From contig JAGLOA010000002.1 of NCBI GenBank assembly GCA_023139205.1, positions 27,530 through 91,529 of the forward strand: a DNA stretch of 64,000 nt, given 5' to 3'. Below are positions 47,713 to 57,138 of the stretch, one piece after another. The stretch is from Candidatus Pacearchaeota archaeon. GTDB lineage: Archaea > Nanobdellota > Nanobdellia > Pacearchaeales > GW2011-AR1. Both the position numbers and the translations under genes were made by a program. Position 1 is the first letter of the stretch. Each line of letters begins with the position of its first letter. Below the pieces are notes generated by a model. It made no database searches. It saw nothing but the letters and a program-made list of their open reading frames with translations, and was not told the DNA's origin.

Positions 47713-48150
47713 ATGGATTGTCCTTATTGTTCAAATACAAAATCAAAAGTAACTGACAAAAGAGAATCTCCTGAAGGAATAAGGAGGAGAAGAGAATGTT
47801 TGAAATGCAAGAAAAGATTCACGACTTATGAAAAAATAAGTAAAAATGACTTTTATATTATAAAAAAAGATAAAAAGCGTGAAAAGTTCAGTAGAGAGAA
47901 ATTAGAAAAAGGGATTGAAAAGGCATTTGAAAAGCGTCCTGTTTCAAAAGAAAAAATAGAAAAAATGATTAATGAAATTGAAGAACAAATAAGAAGAAAG
48001 GGGAAAAAAGAAATTAAAAGTTCTGTTGTTGGGGAATTGATTATGAAAAAAATGAAAAAATTAGATAATGTTGCTTACATAAGATTTGCTTCTGTTTATA
48101 GAAATTTTCAGGATGTTCAGGATTTTAAAAGAGTGCTAAAACAAGTTTAG
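47713..48150 (+). CDS. nrdR: transcriptional repressor NrdR (zinc ribbon + ATP-cone)
   Basis: MDCPYCS…RRRECLKCKKRFTTYE zinc ribbon and KLDNVAYIRFASVYRNFQD are near-identical in pattern to bacterial NrdR. Confidence 0.85.
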   Translation: MDCPYCSNTKSKVTDKRESPEGIRRRRECLKCKKRFTTYEKISKNDFYIIKKDKKREKFSREKLEKGIEKAFEKRPVSKEKIEKMINEIEEQIRRKGKKEIKSSVVGELIMKKMKKLDNVAYIRFASVYRNFQDVQDFKRVLKQV

Positions 48151-48210
48151 CTCACTCATCCAAATTAAATATGAAATTAAATTTAAATGAAGGAATTAAA
48201 GGAGTTGTAA

Positions 48211-51200
48211 ATGGGAGATAATTTGCAATCTATTTTAGAAGAAGAAAAAATTAATTTTCCAAAAGCAGTAAGAAAAAGAAATAATCAAGTAGCTGAATTT
48301 GATCCAAGTAAAATTAGTGATGCTATTTCTTATGCATTTGAAAGTGTTGGGATTCATGATAAACAAAAATCAGAACAGGTTACAATAGAAACTTTGAAGA
48401 TGCTTTCTGGAAATGGGAATATGCCTAATGTAGATGAAATTAATGAATTAAATGTTAAAGCCTTAGAAAAATTAGGGCATCATAATGTTGCCAAATCTTT
48501 TGAACAATATGCTAAAAAAAGAAGAGAGGTTAGAGTTTTAGGTTCTGGAGGGGGAGGCAATACTACTGATTCTTTTTTAATGGTTTCTTCTATTTCTCAT
48601 GATTCTTCTTCTCCATGGAACAGGGAAAAGATTAGGGATTCTTTAATTAAAGAAGCAAATGTTGATTACAAAACCGCCACACATGTTGCAAAATCAGTTG
48701 AGAATAAATTAATTACATCAAAATACCCCTCTATAACAACTGATTTTATAAGGGAGATAGCAAAAATAGAATTGATAGATAGAGGATATCATAATTCTGC
48801 AGAGATGTATACTAATTTTAGTATTCCAAGAACTGATTTAGAAAAAATGATTTTAGATAAAAACGATGAAAATAGTAATATTCAAGGCAATAATCCAGAG
48901 GCAGTTAATTTTACTTTAGCAGGGATAATTGGAAAAAAATATGCCCTTAGCAAAATTTTCAGTAAAGATGTTGCAAAAGCCCATTCAGATGGTAGCTTAC
49001 ATCTCCATGATTTAGATATGCCAACAAGATTTTATTGTTCTGCACATTCTTTATCATACTTAGAAAAATTTGGATTAAAATTAGATAATCTGCAGACTTC
49101 TTCATCACCTCCAAAACACACAGAAACATTAACAGGACACTTAAATACTTTTTTTGCGGCTATGGAGGCATATTATGCAGGAGCTTTAGGGGTTGGATAT
49201 TTTAATATTATGTATGCTCCTTTAATTCAATCTGATTTAGAAAAAGAAGGAGAGAAAAGGATTGGAATTTTAAAAAACCAAATTAAAAAGATTAAAGAAA
49301 ATTTTACAAAGTCAAAAGTATTGACAAAAAATTTAGATGATATCTTAACACAAGAGGAAGAAAATATTTTAAGATTTGAAAAAAATCCTATGTCTATTTT
49401 ATCTGATAAAGAAATTGATGGATTTATGAAACAAAGAGGACAAGAAGCAATATATGCTGCTTCACAAAATGCATTTTCAAGAGGGGGACAAACTCTTTTC
49501 ATAGATTTTAATATTCATACTGGAGTTCCAGATTATTTAAAAAATACTCCTGCAATTCTTCCTGGAGGAAAATATGGCATTAAAAGAAATAATAAAACAG
49601 TTTTTTTAGAAGAAAAAAAATTAAAAGAAAAAACTGCTTCTGGGTATAATTTAATTGAATTAATTGATCCTAAAACTAAGAAAACTTTAATGAAAGAGAG
49701 GATAGAAAATAAAGAACTTATGCAAGACTGGTTTTTAGAAAAAGGAGAAAGTTCAATAACTTATAGAGATTATGATAAAATTTCAAAAAGATTTACTAAA
49801 AATTTGTTAAAGGTTTGGGGAGATGGGGATGAGAATGGTCAGCCTTTTGCGTTTCCTAAATGTGATTTGCATATTGATAAAGATACTTTTAAAGATCCAG
49901 AACAAAAAGAAATTCTTGAACAAGCGTGTAAAGTTGCAAGTGAAAATGGATCCACTTATTTTGTTTTTGACAGGGATGAAGTTTCTTTATCAGCATGTTG
50001 CAGATTAAGAACAAAGGTAGAAGATAATTATGTTTTAAAACATCCAGAGTCTATGAGATTTTGCGGATTTCAAAATGTTACAATTAATCTTCCTCAAGCA
50101 GCATATAGAACTACAAGGAATAATAAAAAGAATTTAGAGGGATTTTTAGAAGAAGTTGATAAAACAATGGATTTAGCAGTTAAAGCACATTTGCAAAAAA
50201 AAGGATTTATAGAATCTCTTCAGAAAAAGGGATTACCTCAATGGCAGACTGGACAAAAAAGTTTAGATGGACAGCCATATATTGATACAAATAAAGCAAC
50301 ATATATTTTAGGATTAATTGGATTAAATGAAGCTGTGCAGTGTTTGACTGGGAAAGAACTTCATGAGATGGATAATAAGGAATTTAAAGATATTGCATTA
50401 AAAACAGTTGCACATATGAATATAAAATCAAAAGAATATGAAAAGAAACATGGATTGAAATTTTCTTTAGAAGAAAGTCCTGCTGAATCTGCTTCAAGAA
50501 GACTTAGTAAAACAGACTTAGTAAATTATTCTGAATCAAAGGAATTTATTAGAGGAAGTATTGAAAAAGATCAAACTTATTATTCTAATTCTATTCATCC
50601 AAGGGCAGATGCTCCTATAAGCTTAATTGAAAGAATAGAACTACAGGGGAAATTTCATTCTGCAATTGAATCTGGAGCAATTACTCATGCATTTATTGGG
50701 GAAGAAAAACCAGATCCTCTTAGCATATATAGTTTAGTTAAAAAATCTTTTGAGAATACTCAAACTGCTCAGTTAACAATAAGCCCGGAATATACTTCCT
50801 GCAGAGATTGTGGAAAATTAAACCGGGGGCTGATAAAAGAATGTAAAAAGTGTGGGAATGATGATCCAGACACTTTGAAAGGGATGACAAGGATTGTGGG
50901 GTATTACAGTTTAATTGATAACTGGAATGAATCAAAATTAGAGGAATTAAAAGCAAGAGAAAGAGGAAATTATTCTTTGAAAAATTCTAAATTAGAAATG
51001 AAAATTCCTGAATTGGAAAATCCTTATAAGGGGATTACAGCAATAAGTATTGGGAAAAGTAATTGTCCTTTATGTGAAGATTTACAGTCAGCAATGAAAT
51101 ACAGAGGATTAGTAAAGAAATATGGAGAAGAATTTAATATTATTGGATATAAAGCAGATACTGAAGAAGGGTTGACAAATGCTATGTTAGCAAATGTGAA

Positions 51201-51351
51201 TTTATCTCAGTTGCCAGCATTAATTGTTCTGGATAAAAACTCAAATGAAATTTACAGAGGAAGCACAATAGGAAGTAATGGGAAAACAATTCCAATAAAT
51301 ACAAAGGAAGTAGAAGATTCTATAAAAAATTATTTAGAATTAAATAAATAA
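48211..51351 (+). CDS. nrdD: anaerobic ribonucleoside-triphosphate reductase NrdD (class III) with N-terminal ATP-cone(s) and a C-terminal glutaredoxin/NrdH-like domain
   Basis: ATP-cone KAVRKRNNQVAEFDPSKISDAISYAF plus a second cone-like segment. Glycyl-radical region TRIVGYYS preceded by the CRDCG…CKKCG zinc ribbon. C-terminal roughly 110 aa contain SNCPLCEDL (CPxC) and QLPALIVLD (cis-Pro region) of a thioredoxin fold. 1046 aa. Confidence 0.9.
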   Translation: MGDNLQSILEEEKINFPKAVRKRNNQVAEFDPSKISDAISYAFESVGIHDKQKSEQVTIETLKMLSGNGNMPNVDEINELNVKALEKLGHHNVAKSFEQYAKKRREVRVLGSGGGGNTTDSFLMVSSISHDSSSPWNREKIRDSLIKEANVDYKTATHVAKSVENKLITSKYPSITTDFIREIAKIELIDRGYHNSAEMYTNFSIPRTDLEKMILDKNDENSNIQGNNPEAVNFTLAGIIGKKYALSKIFSKDVAKAHSDGSLHLHDLDMPTRFYCSAHSLSYLEKFGLKLDNLQTSSSPPKHTETLTGHLNTFFAAMEAYYAGALGVGYFNIMYAPLIQSDLEKEGEKRIGILKNQIKKIKENFTKSKVLTKNLDDILTQEEENILRFEKNPMSILSDKEIDGFMKQRGQEAIYAASQNAFSRGGQTLFIDFNIHTGVPDYLKNTPAILPGGKYGIKRNNKTVFLEEKKLKEKTASGYNLIELIDPKTKKTLMKERIENKELMQDWFLEKGESSITYRDYDKISKRFTKNLLKVWGDGDENGQPFAFPKCDLHIDKDTFKDPEQKEILEQACKVASENGSTYFVFDRDEVSLSACCRLRTKVEDNYVLKHPESMRFCGFQNVTINLPQAAYRTTRNNKKNLEGFLEEVDKTMDLAVKAHLQKKGFIESLQKKGLPQWQTGQKSLDGQPYIDTNKATYILGLIGLNEAVQCLTGKELHEMDNKEFKDIALKTVAHMNIKSKEYEKKHGLKFSLEESPAESASRRLSKTDLVNYSESKEFIRGSIEKDQTYYSNSIHPRADAPISLIERIELQGKFHSAIESGAITHAFIGEEKPDPLSIYSLVKKSFENTQTAQLTISPEYTSCRDCGKLNRGLIKECKKCGNDDPDTLKGMTRIVGYYSLIDNWNESKLEELKARERGNYSLKNSKLEMKIPELENPYKGITAISIGKSNCPLCEDLQSAMKYRGLVKKYGEEFNIIGYKADTEEGLTNAMLANVNLSQLPALIVLDKNSNEIYRGSTIGSNGKTIPINTKEVEDSIKNYLELNK

Positions 51352-51352
51352 A

Positions 51353-52084
51353 ATGGATATTGCAGTTATTTATCATCAATCTCTTAAAGATTATCCTGGA
51401 AAGGTTTCTGAAGTAGTTTTTACGCCTAATTGTAATTATAAATGTCCTGCGTGTCATGCTAAAGAAATTTTAGATAGTAAAGAAAAAATAGATGAAAAAG
51501 AATTTTTTAATTATCTTGATTCTGGGAAGAAGTGGATTGATGGAGTTGTTTTATGCGGAGGAGAACCAACTTTAGAAAAAGATTTAATAGATTTTACAGA
51601 GAAATTAAAAAAAAGAGACTTAGCAGTAAAATTAGATACTAATGGGAGCAACCCAAAAGTTTTAGAAAAATTATTAGATGAAAAATTAATTGATTATGTT
51701 GCAATGGATGTTAAGGGACCTAAAAGTCTTTATTCTAAAATTATTGGGAAAGAAAAAGCAAATGTAAAAGATATTGAAGACTCAATGAAAATTGTTCAGG
51801 ATTTTCCAAATTATGAATTTAGGACAACTATTGCTCCTGTTCCAAATGGTAACTGGACATATTTTATGAATGTTAAAGATGTGGTTGATATGGCAAAATG
51901 GATTGTTAATGTTACAGGAGGAAATAAACACAAACACTATCTTCAAAAATTTGTTCCAAGAGAAAACGGGCTTCTTGATTCAAGATTAGAAAAATTTCCT
52001 GAAACTCCTGAAAAATTATTAAAAGAGATTAAAAAAGAAATAATTAAATATCTGCCCAATTGTGAAATAAGAGATGAAGATTAA
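51353..52084 (+). CDS. nrdG: anaerobic RNR activating enzyme NrdG (radical SAM)
   Basis: CNYKCPACH CxxxCxxC radical-SAM motif. GGEPTL glycine-rich SAM-binding motif. Confidence 0.8.
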   Translation: MDIAVIYHQSLKDYPGKVSEVVFTPNCNYKCPACHAKEILDSKEKIDEKEFFNYLDSGKKWIDGVVLCGGEPTLEKDLIDFTEKLKKRDLAVKLDTNGSNPKVLEKLLDEKLIDYVAMDVKGPKSLYSKIIGKEKANVKDIEDSMKIVQDFPNYEFRTTIAPVPNGNWTYFMNVKDVVDMAKWIVNVTGGNKHKHYLQKFVPRENGLLDSRLEKFPETPEKLLKEIKKEIIKYLPNCEIRDED

Positions 52085-52125
52085 AGTATAATAATTTTTA
52101 TAAATGAATAAAAGAATAAACTAAG

Positions 52126-52554
52126 ATGGTCAAGATTAAAATAAAAAAAATAAATCCTGATGCAATTATTCCAAGATATGCTCACGAAGGTGATGCAGGA
52201 ATGGATTTGTGTTCTGTTGAAGAGTATGAATTAAAACCAATGGAGAGCAGAATAATCAAAACCGGGTTGCAAGTTGAAATTCCGGAAAAATATTTTGGTT
52301 CTATTCGGGATAGATCAGGTTTGGCTGCTAAAAATTATATTCACACTCTTGCAGGAGTTGTTGATTCTCATTATAGGGGAGAGGTTGGGGTGGTATTAAT
52401 TAATTTAGGAAAAGAAGAATTTAAAATAAAGAAATATGACAGGATTGCCCAGATGTTGATTCAGCCTGTTGAAAGAGTTGGGATTGTGAAAGTTGAAAAT
52501 CTTTCTGAAACTATAAGAGGAGAAGGCGGGTTTGGAAGTACTGGTGTGCAATAA
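52126..52554 (+). CDS. dut: dUTP diphosphatase (trimeric dUTPase)
   Basis: AGVVDSHYRGEVGVVLINLG (motif 3) and C-terminal RGEGGFGSTG (motif 5). Confidence 0.8.
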   Translation: MVKIKIKKINPDAIIPRYAHEGDAGMDLCSVEEYELKPMESRIIKTGLQVEIPEKYFGSIRDRSGLAAKNYIHTLAGVVDSHYRGEVGVVLINLGKEEFKIKKYDRIAQMLIQPVERVGIVKVENLSETIRGEGGFGSTGVQ

Positions 52555-52588
52555 AAATCTTTATAAATTTAGTTAATTCTTAAAAATA

Positions 52589-52915
52589 ATGGTAAATGAA
52601 GATAAAGTTCCTGAACTGACAAATAATGAATTTGAAGATTTTATTAAAGAAGGAATTGTTTTAGTTGATTTTTTTGCAGAATGGTGTATGCCTTGTTTAA
52701 TGATGACTCCGATAATTGATGAGTTAAGTGGGAAATTTAAAGGGAAAATAAAATTTTGCAAAATTAATGTTGGAGAAAATCAGGAACTTGCACAAAAATT
52801 TAATGTTAGTTCTATTCCAAATTTTACTCTTTTAAAAGACAGAGAAATTATTGAGCAATTTATTGGTTCAATGTCTTCTGAAAAATTTGAAGAGAAATTG
52901 AAAGAGTTTGTATAA
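52589..52915 (+). CDS. trxA: thioredoxin
   Basis: AEWCMPC active site (CxxC) in a 108-aa Trx fold. Confidence 0.8.
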   Translation: MVNEDKVPELTNNEFEDFIKEGIVLVDFFAEWCMPCLMMTPIIDELSGKFKGKIKFCKINVGENQELAQKFNVSSIPNFTLLKDREIIEQFIGSMSSEKFEEKLKEFV

Positions 52916-52920
52916 TCAAT

Positions 52921-53268
52921 ATGGAATCAGTTATGTATCTTTTTGCAAACAAAAGCATCAAAATGAATTCTGGTAAACTAGCTGTACAAATTTCTCATGC
53001 CGCAGTAAAATCATATATTAATAGTAAAAATGATATAAGGGATTTTTGGGATAGAGGATCATATGTTAAAATATTATTATCAGCAAAAAATTCCACTGAA
53101 TTAATAAAAATAAAACATTCGCTTGAAAAAATTGGACTTTCATCAGGATTAATAATTGACGAAGGAAGAACTGAAATAAAACCAAATACAATTACAGCAT
53201 TGGGTGTCGAGATTGTTGATAAAAAAAGATATGAAGATTTTTTCAAAAAATATCAATTATATAGATAA
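52921..53268 (+). CDS. pth2: peptidyl-tRNA hydrolase, archaeal/eukaryal type (Pth2)
   Basis: 115 aa. SGKLAVQISHAAV and the C-terminal region match Pth2. Confidence 0.85.
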   Translation: MESVMYLFANKSIKMNSGKLAVQISHAAVKSYINSKNDIRDFWDRGSYVKILLSAKNSTELIKIKHSLEKIGLSSGLIIDEGRTEIKPNTITALGVEIVDKKRYEDFFKKYQLYR

Positions 53269-53393
53269 CTTTTATTGAATGATAATTTTATAAATTAAGA
53301 TTTCTAATGATTTTTAGGCTCCGTAGCTTCCCAAGGAGGGATAATCTGCTTTGCAGACTTCAGCCTTTAAGTTGCTTCGCAGTCGCCAAAAAT

Positions 53394-53520
53394 GGCTCCG
53401 TAGCTCAGCCTGGTTAGAGCACTGGACTTTTACGCCGAAAAAATCTCTTTGCGTACTTCGCACAGGAACAAAATTGGTGAAGCAATCCAGGTGTCGAGGG
53501 TTCGAATCCCTTCGGGGCCA
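53394..53520 (+). tRNA. tRNA-Lys (anticodon TTT) with a 52-nt intron (53433..53484) after position 37
   Basis: Acceptor GGCTCCG/CGGGGCC, D arm GCTC-AGCCTGGTTA-GAGC, anticodon stem CTGGA/TCCAG, loop CTTTTA|intron|A, T arm GAGGG-TTCGAAT-CCCTT, discriminator A. Confidence 0.7.
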
Positions 53521-53655
53521 TAATCCCAATTTAAAGACTTTTGGTATAAATCCTTCTAAACCAAAAGATTTTTAAAAGAAAAATTCATAATTTTTATTAT
53601 TATAAAGTTGTTAAAGTTATAGATGGTATGCTTTAACTTCTAACTATTTAATAAA

Positions 53656-53886
53656 ATGCATATTCTCCAATCAAAACATTCTAAACTCAGTGAAAAAGAT
53701 TCACAAGAACTTTTAGAGAGTCTTAATATTTCTAAATCTCAATTACCAAAAATTCTTTCAACAGACCCAAATTTACCTGAAGATTGTAATGTTGGGGATA
53801 TAATTAAAATAGAAAGGAAAAAACAACCTACAACCTCTGATTTAGAGGAAGAGAAAGTTTCTCCTTATTACAGGGTTGTTGTATAA
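53656..53886 (+). CDS. rpoH: RNA polymerase subunit H (Rpb5 homologue)
   Basis: LPKILSTDPNLPEDCNVGDIIKIERK…YYRVV matches the Rpb5 C-terminal domain. Its stop overlaps the rpoB start. Confidence 0.8.
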   Translation: MHILQSKHSKLSEKDSQELLESLNISKSQLPKILSTDPNLPEDCNVGDIIKIERKKQPTTSDLEEEKVSPYYRVVV

Positions 53887-56800
53887 AATGAAAAACCAAC
53901 ATTTAATTGTAAAAAAATATCTTAAAGAACACTCTTTAGTTGAATCAAATATTACTTCTTTTAATGAATTCATTGAACACAGAATGCAAAAAATTGTTGA
54001 TGAAATTTCTGAGACAATTAACAATGAAGAATTTGAAATTACTTTAGGAAAAATAAATGTTGGTGAACCACGAGTTATAGAAGCTGATGGAAGCTCTTCT
54101 TTGGTGATGCCTTATGAAACAAGATTAAGAAACCTTACTTATTCTGCACCTGTTACTATGGAAATAACAGTTAAAAAAGATGACCAAATTGATTCTGAAA
54201 ATGTTGAGATCGGAAGAATTCCTGTAATGGTAAAGAGCAAAGTTTGTAATACCAATGGTATGTCAAAAGAGGAATTAATTCAGAGTTATAATGACCCCTT
54301 AGATCCAGGAGGATATTTTATAATCAGAGGAAATGAAAGAGTAATGGTTATGGCAGAAGACCTGGCAGAAAACCGACCTTTTATTGAAGATATTAAAGGA
54401 AATTTAGTTTTAAAATTATTTTCATTAAGAGGAACATACAGAATCCCGACATTAATTTCAGAAAGCAAAGAAGGATTGTTTGAACTTTCATTTAGCAGAT
54501 TTAAAGATCTTCCAGCAATTGTTATTTTAAAAGCATTGGGAATGACAAAAGAGTCAGACATTGCACAATATTTAGGAAAAGAAACAGATAGTGTTATTGT
54601 TAATCTTTATGAATTTGTAAACTTAGCAACAAAGGAAGATGCAATGATGTATATTGCTGAACAATCAAATTTACAGGGAACAAAAAAAGAAATTTTAGAC
54701 AGAGTAAAACAAAGAATTGATTCTTATCTTCTTCCTCATATTGGACAAAAAAAAGAAGACAGAATAAAAAAAGCAGTTACTTTATGTAAATTGATAAAAC
54801 AATTTTTAATTGCAAAAGAAAATCCTGAACTAAGAACAGATAAAGACCACTATGCAAATAAAAGAGTCAGACTTTCAGGGGATTTGTTAGCTACTTTATT
54901 TAGAGTTAATTTAAGCATCTTACTTAGAGATATTCAATATTCATTACAAAAATCTTCTAAAAGAAGAAAATTCTTTTCTATAAAATTAATTGCTAAATCT
55001 ACATTATTTTCTCACAGAGTTGAATCAGCAATTGCAACAGGAAGCTGGACAGGAGAAAGAAGCGGGATTACGCAAAATATGGATAAGACAAATTATCTTG
55101 CAGTTATTTCACAGCTTCAAAGAGTTTCAAGTATGCTGGCTAGTGAACAGGAAAATTTCTTAGCAAGAACTCTTCACCCAACACATTACGGAAGATTTTG
55201 TCCAATAGAAACTCCAGAAGGAACTGAAATTGGTCTTAGAAAAAATTTGGCAATTTTAAGCAAGGTTTCTACAAGAGTTGATTTAGATGAAGACAAATTC
55301 TTAAAAGATCTTGAAACAGAAGGACTTAACAAAGAAGGAACTGGAAAAATAGATGTTTTCTTTAACGGGAGATTTATCGGAAGTGTGGAAGAAGCTGAAG
55401 AATTTGTTCAAAAAATAAGAGAAAAAAGAAGAGAAGGGAAACTTCCAATTCAAATGAATGTCAGGAAGGATTTTTCTTTTGGGATGGTTTTAATTTCAAC
55501 AGAGCCAGGAAGAGTATTAAGACCTTTAATAATTGTAGAAAATGGGACTTCAAAATTAAAAAATGAACATTTAATTCAATTAGAACAAGACGAAATTAAA
55601 TGGAATGATTTAATTAAAGAAGGTGTGATTGAATATCTTGATGCATCTGAAGAAGAAAATGCTCTAGTTTCGTTATATGAAGAAGAAGTTACTTCAAAAA
55701 ACACTCATCTGGAAATTGATCCTATGGATTTATTTGGAGTTATTACAAGTCTTGTTCCTTATGGAAATCATGACCAGAGTTCAAGGTTAAACAGGGGGAG
55801 TAAAACTCAAAAACAGGCTTTAGGGATTTATTCTGCTAATTATTTATGCAGGCTTGATACAGATGTAAGTATTCTTCAATATCCTCAAAAGCCAATTGTA
55901 AGAAGTTTTGTTTATGACACTCTTGACACTTATCCTGCCGGGCAAAATTTAACTGTTGCAATTATGACTTATGAAGGTTATAATATGGAAGATGCTCTGG
56001 TATTTAATAAAGGAAGTTTAGACAGAGGTGTTGGAAGAAGTTTTTATTTTAGACCTTATTCTGCAGTAGAAATGAATTATGCCGGAGGATTAAGAGATGA
56101 AATTGTTATTCCAGATAAAGATACTACTGGATATAAAACAGAAGCAAGTTATAAATTCCTGGAAAATGATGGAATTGTTTACCCTGAAGCAGACATTGAA
56201 AACAGCGAGGTTTTAATTGGCAAGACATCTCCTCCAAAATTTTTATCAGAAGCCAGAGAAATTTCAGTGAGAACTAAAAAAGAATCAAGTGTAACAATGA
56301 GACAAGAAGAAAAAGGAATTGTTGAATCTGTTTTTGTGACTGAAGATAGTCAGGGAAATAAAATTGTTCAGATAAAAACAAGAAATCAAAGAATCCCTGA
56401 ATTAGGGGACAAATTCGCTACTGCTCATGGTCAGAAAGGAGTTATCGGAGCAATAATTCCTGAAGAAGATATTCCATTTACTTCAAGAGGAATGAAACCA
56501 GATGTGTTATTTAATCCACATGGTCTGCCAAGCAGAATGACTGTTGGATATTTAATGGAATTACTTGCCGGAAAAGTTGGGTGCTTGAAAGGAGAAGTTG
56601 TTGACGGAACTTCATTTTCAGGGGAAAGCAAAAAAGAATTAGAAAATCAATTACAGGGTTTAGGATTTAGATACGACGGAAAAGAAACAATGTATAGCGG
56701 AATTACAGGAAAAAGAATGACTGCTAAAATCTTTGTAGGAAATTTGTATTATCTTAAGTTAAAATATATGGTAGGGAATAAATTACATGGAAGAGCTTCT

Positions 56801-57136
56801 GGAAAAGTTGCATTATTAACAAGACAGCCAATTGAAGGTAGGTCAAGAGGAGGAGCTTTAAGATTAGGGGAAATGGAACAGCAGGCATTAGTTGCTCACG
56901 GAGCTTCTTTATTATTAAAAGAAAGATATGATTCAGATAAAGTTGTGTTGCCAATTTGTTCAAAATGCGGAGCAATTGGAATTGATGACAACATAAAGAA
57001 CAAGGTTTATTGTCCACTTTGCAGCAGTGAAGATATTGAACCAATTGAAATTTCATATGCATTTAAATTATTACTTGAAGAATTACAAGGATTGCATATT
57101 CATACAAAATTTGAATTAAAAAATAAATACGAATAA
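53876..57136 (+). CDS. rpoB: RNA polymerase subunit B (unsplit)
   Basis: 1086 aa. GQKGVIGAI…, NPHGLPSRMTVG and the C-terminal zinc ribbon CSKCG…CPLCSS. Confidence 0.95.
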   Translation: MLYKMKNQHLIVKKYLKEHSLVESNITSFNEFIEHRMQKIVDEISETINNEEFEITLGKINVGEPRVIEADGSSSLVMPYETRLRNLTYSAPVTMEITVKKDDQIDSENVEIGRIPVMVKSKVCNTNGMSKEELIQSYNDPLDPGGYFIIRGNERVMVMAEDLAENRPFIEDIKGNLVLKLFSLRGTYRIPTLISESKEGLFELSFSRFKDLPAIVILKALGMTKESDIAQYLGKETDSVIVNLYEFVNLATKEDAMMYIAEQSNLQGTKKEILDRVKQRIDSYLLPHIGQKKEDRIKKAVTLCKLIKQFLIAKENPELRTDKDHYANKRVRLSGDLLATLFRVNLSILLRDIQYSLQKSSKRRKFFSIKLIAKSTLFSHRVESAIATGSWTGERSGITQNMDKTNYLAVISQLQRVSSMLASEQENFLARTLHPTHYGRFCPIETPEGTEIGLRKNLAILSKVSTRVDLDEDKFLKDLETEGLNKEGTGKIDVFFNGRFIGSVEEAEEFVQKIREKRREGKLPIQMNVRKDFSFGMVLISTEPGRVLRPLIIVENGTSKLKNEHLIQLEQDEIKWNDLIKEGVIEYLDASEEENALVSLYEEEVTSKNTHLEIDPMDLFGVITSLVPYGNHDQSSRLNRGSKTQKQALGIYSANYLCRLDTDVSILQYPQKPIVRSFVYDTLDTYPAGQNLTVAIMTYEGYNMEDALVFNKGSLDRGVGRSFYFRPYSAVEMNYAGGLRDEIVIPDKDTTGYKTEASYKFLENDGIVYPEADIENSEVLIGKTSPPKFLSEAREISVRTKKESSVTMRQEEKGIVESVFVTEDSQGNKIVQIKTRNQRIPELGDKFATAHGQKGVIGAIIPEEDIPFTSRGMKPDVLFNPHGLPSRMTVGYLMELLAGKVGCLKGEVVDGTSFSGESKKELENQLQGLGFRYDGKETMYSGITGKRMTAKIFVGNLYYLKLKYMVGNKLHGRASGKVALLTRQPIEGRSRGGALRLGEMEQQALVAHGASLLLKERYDSDKVVLPICSKCGAIGIDDNIKNKVYCPLCSSEDIEPIEISYAFKLLLEELQGLHIHTKFELKNKYE

Positions 57137-57138
57137 AA

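Noticed and set aside
53314-53575. ORFs 53314..53529 (−) and 53351..53575 (+)
   Set aside because: Both lie across the intron-containing tRNA-Lys and its leader. They are artefacts of open frames in structured RNA.
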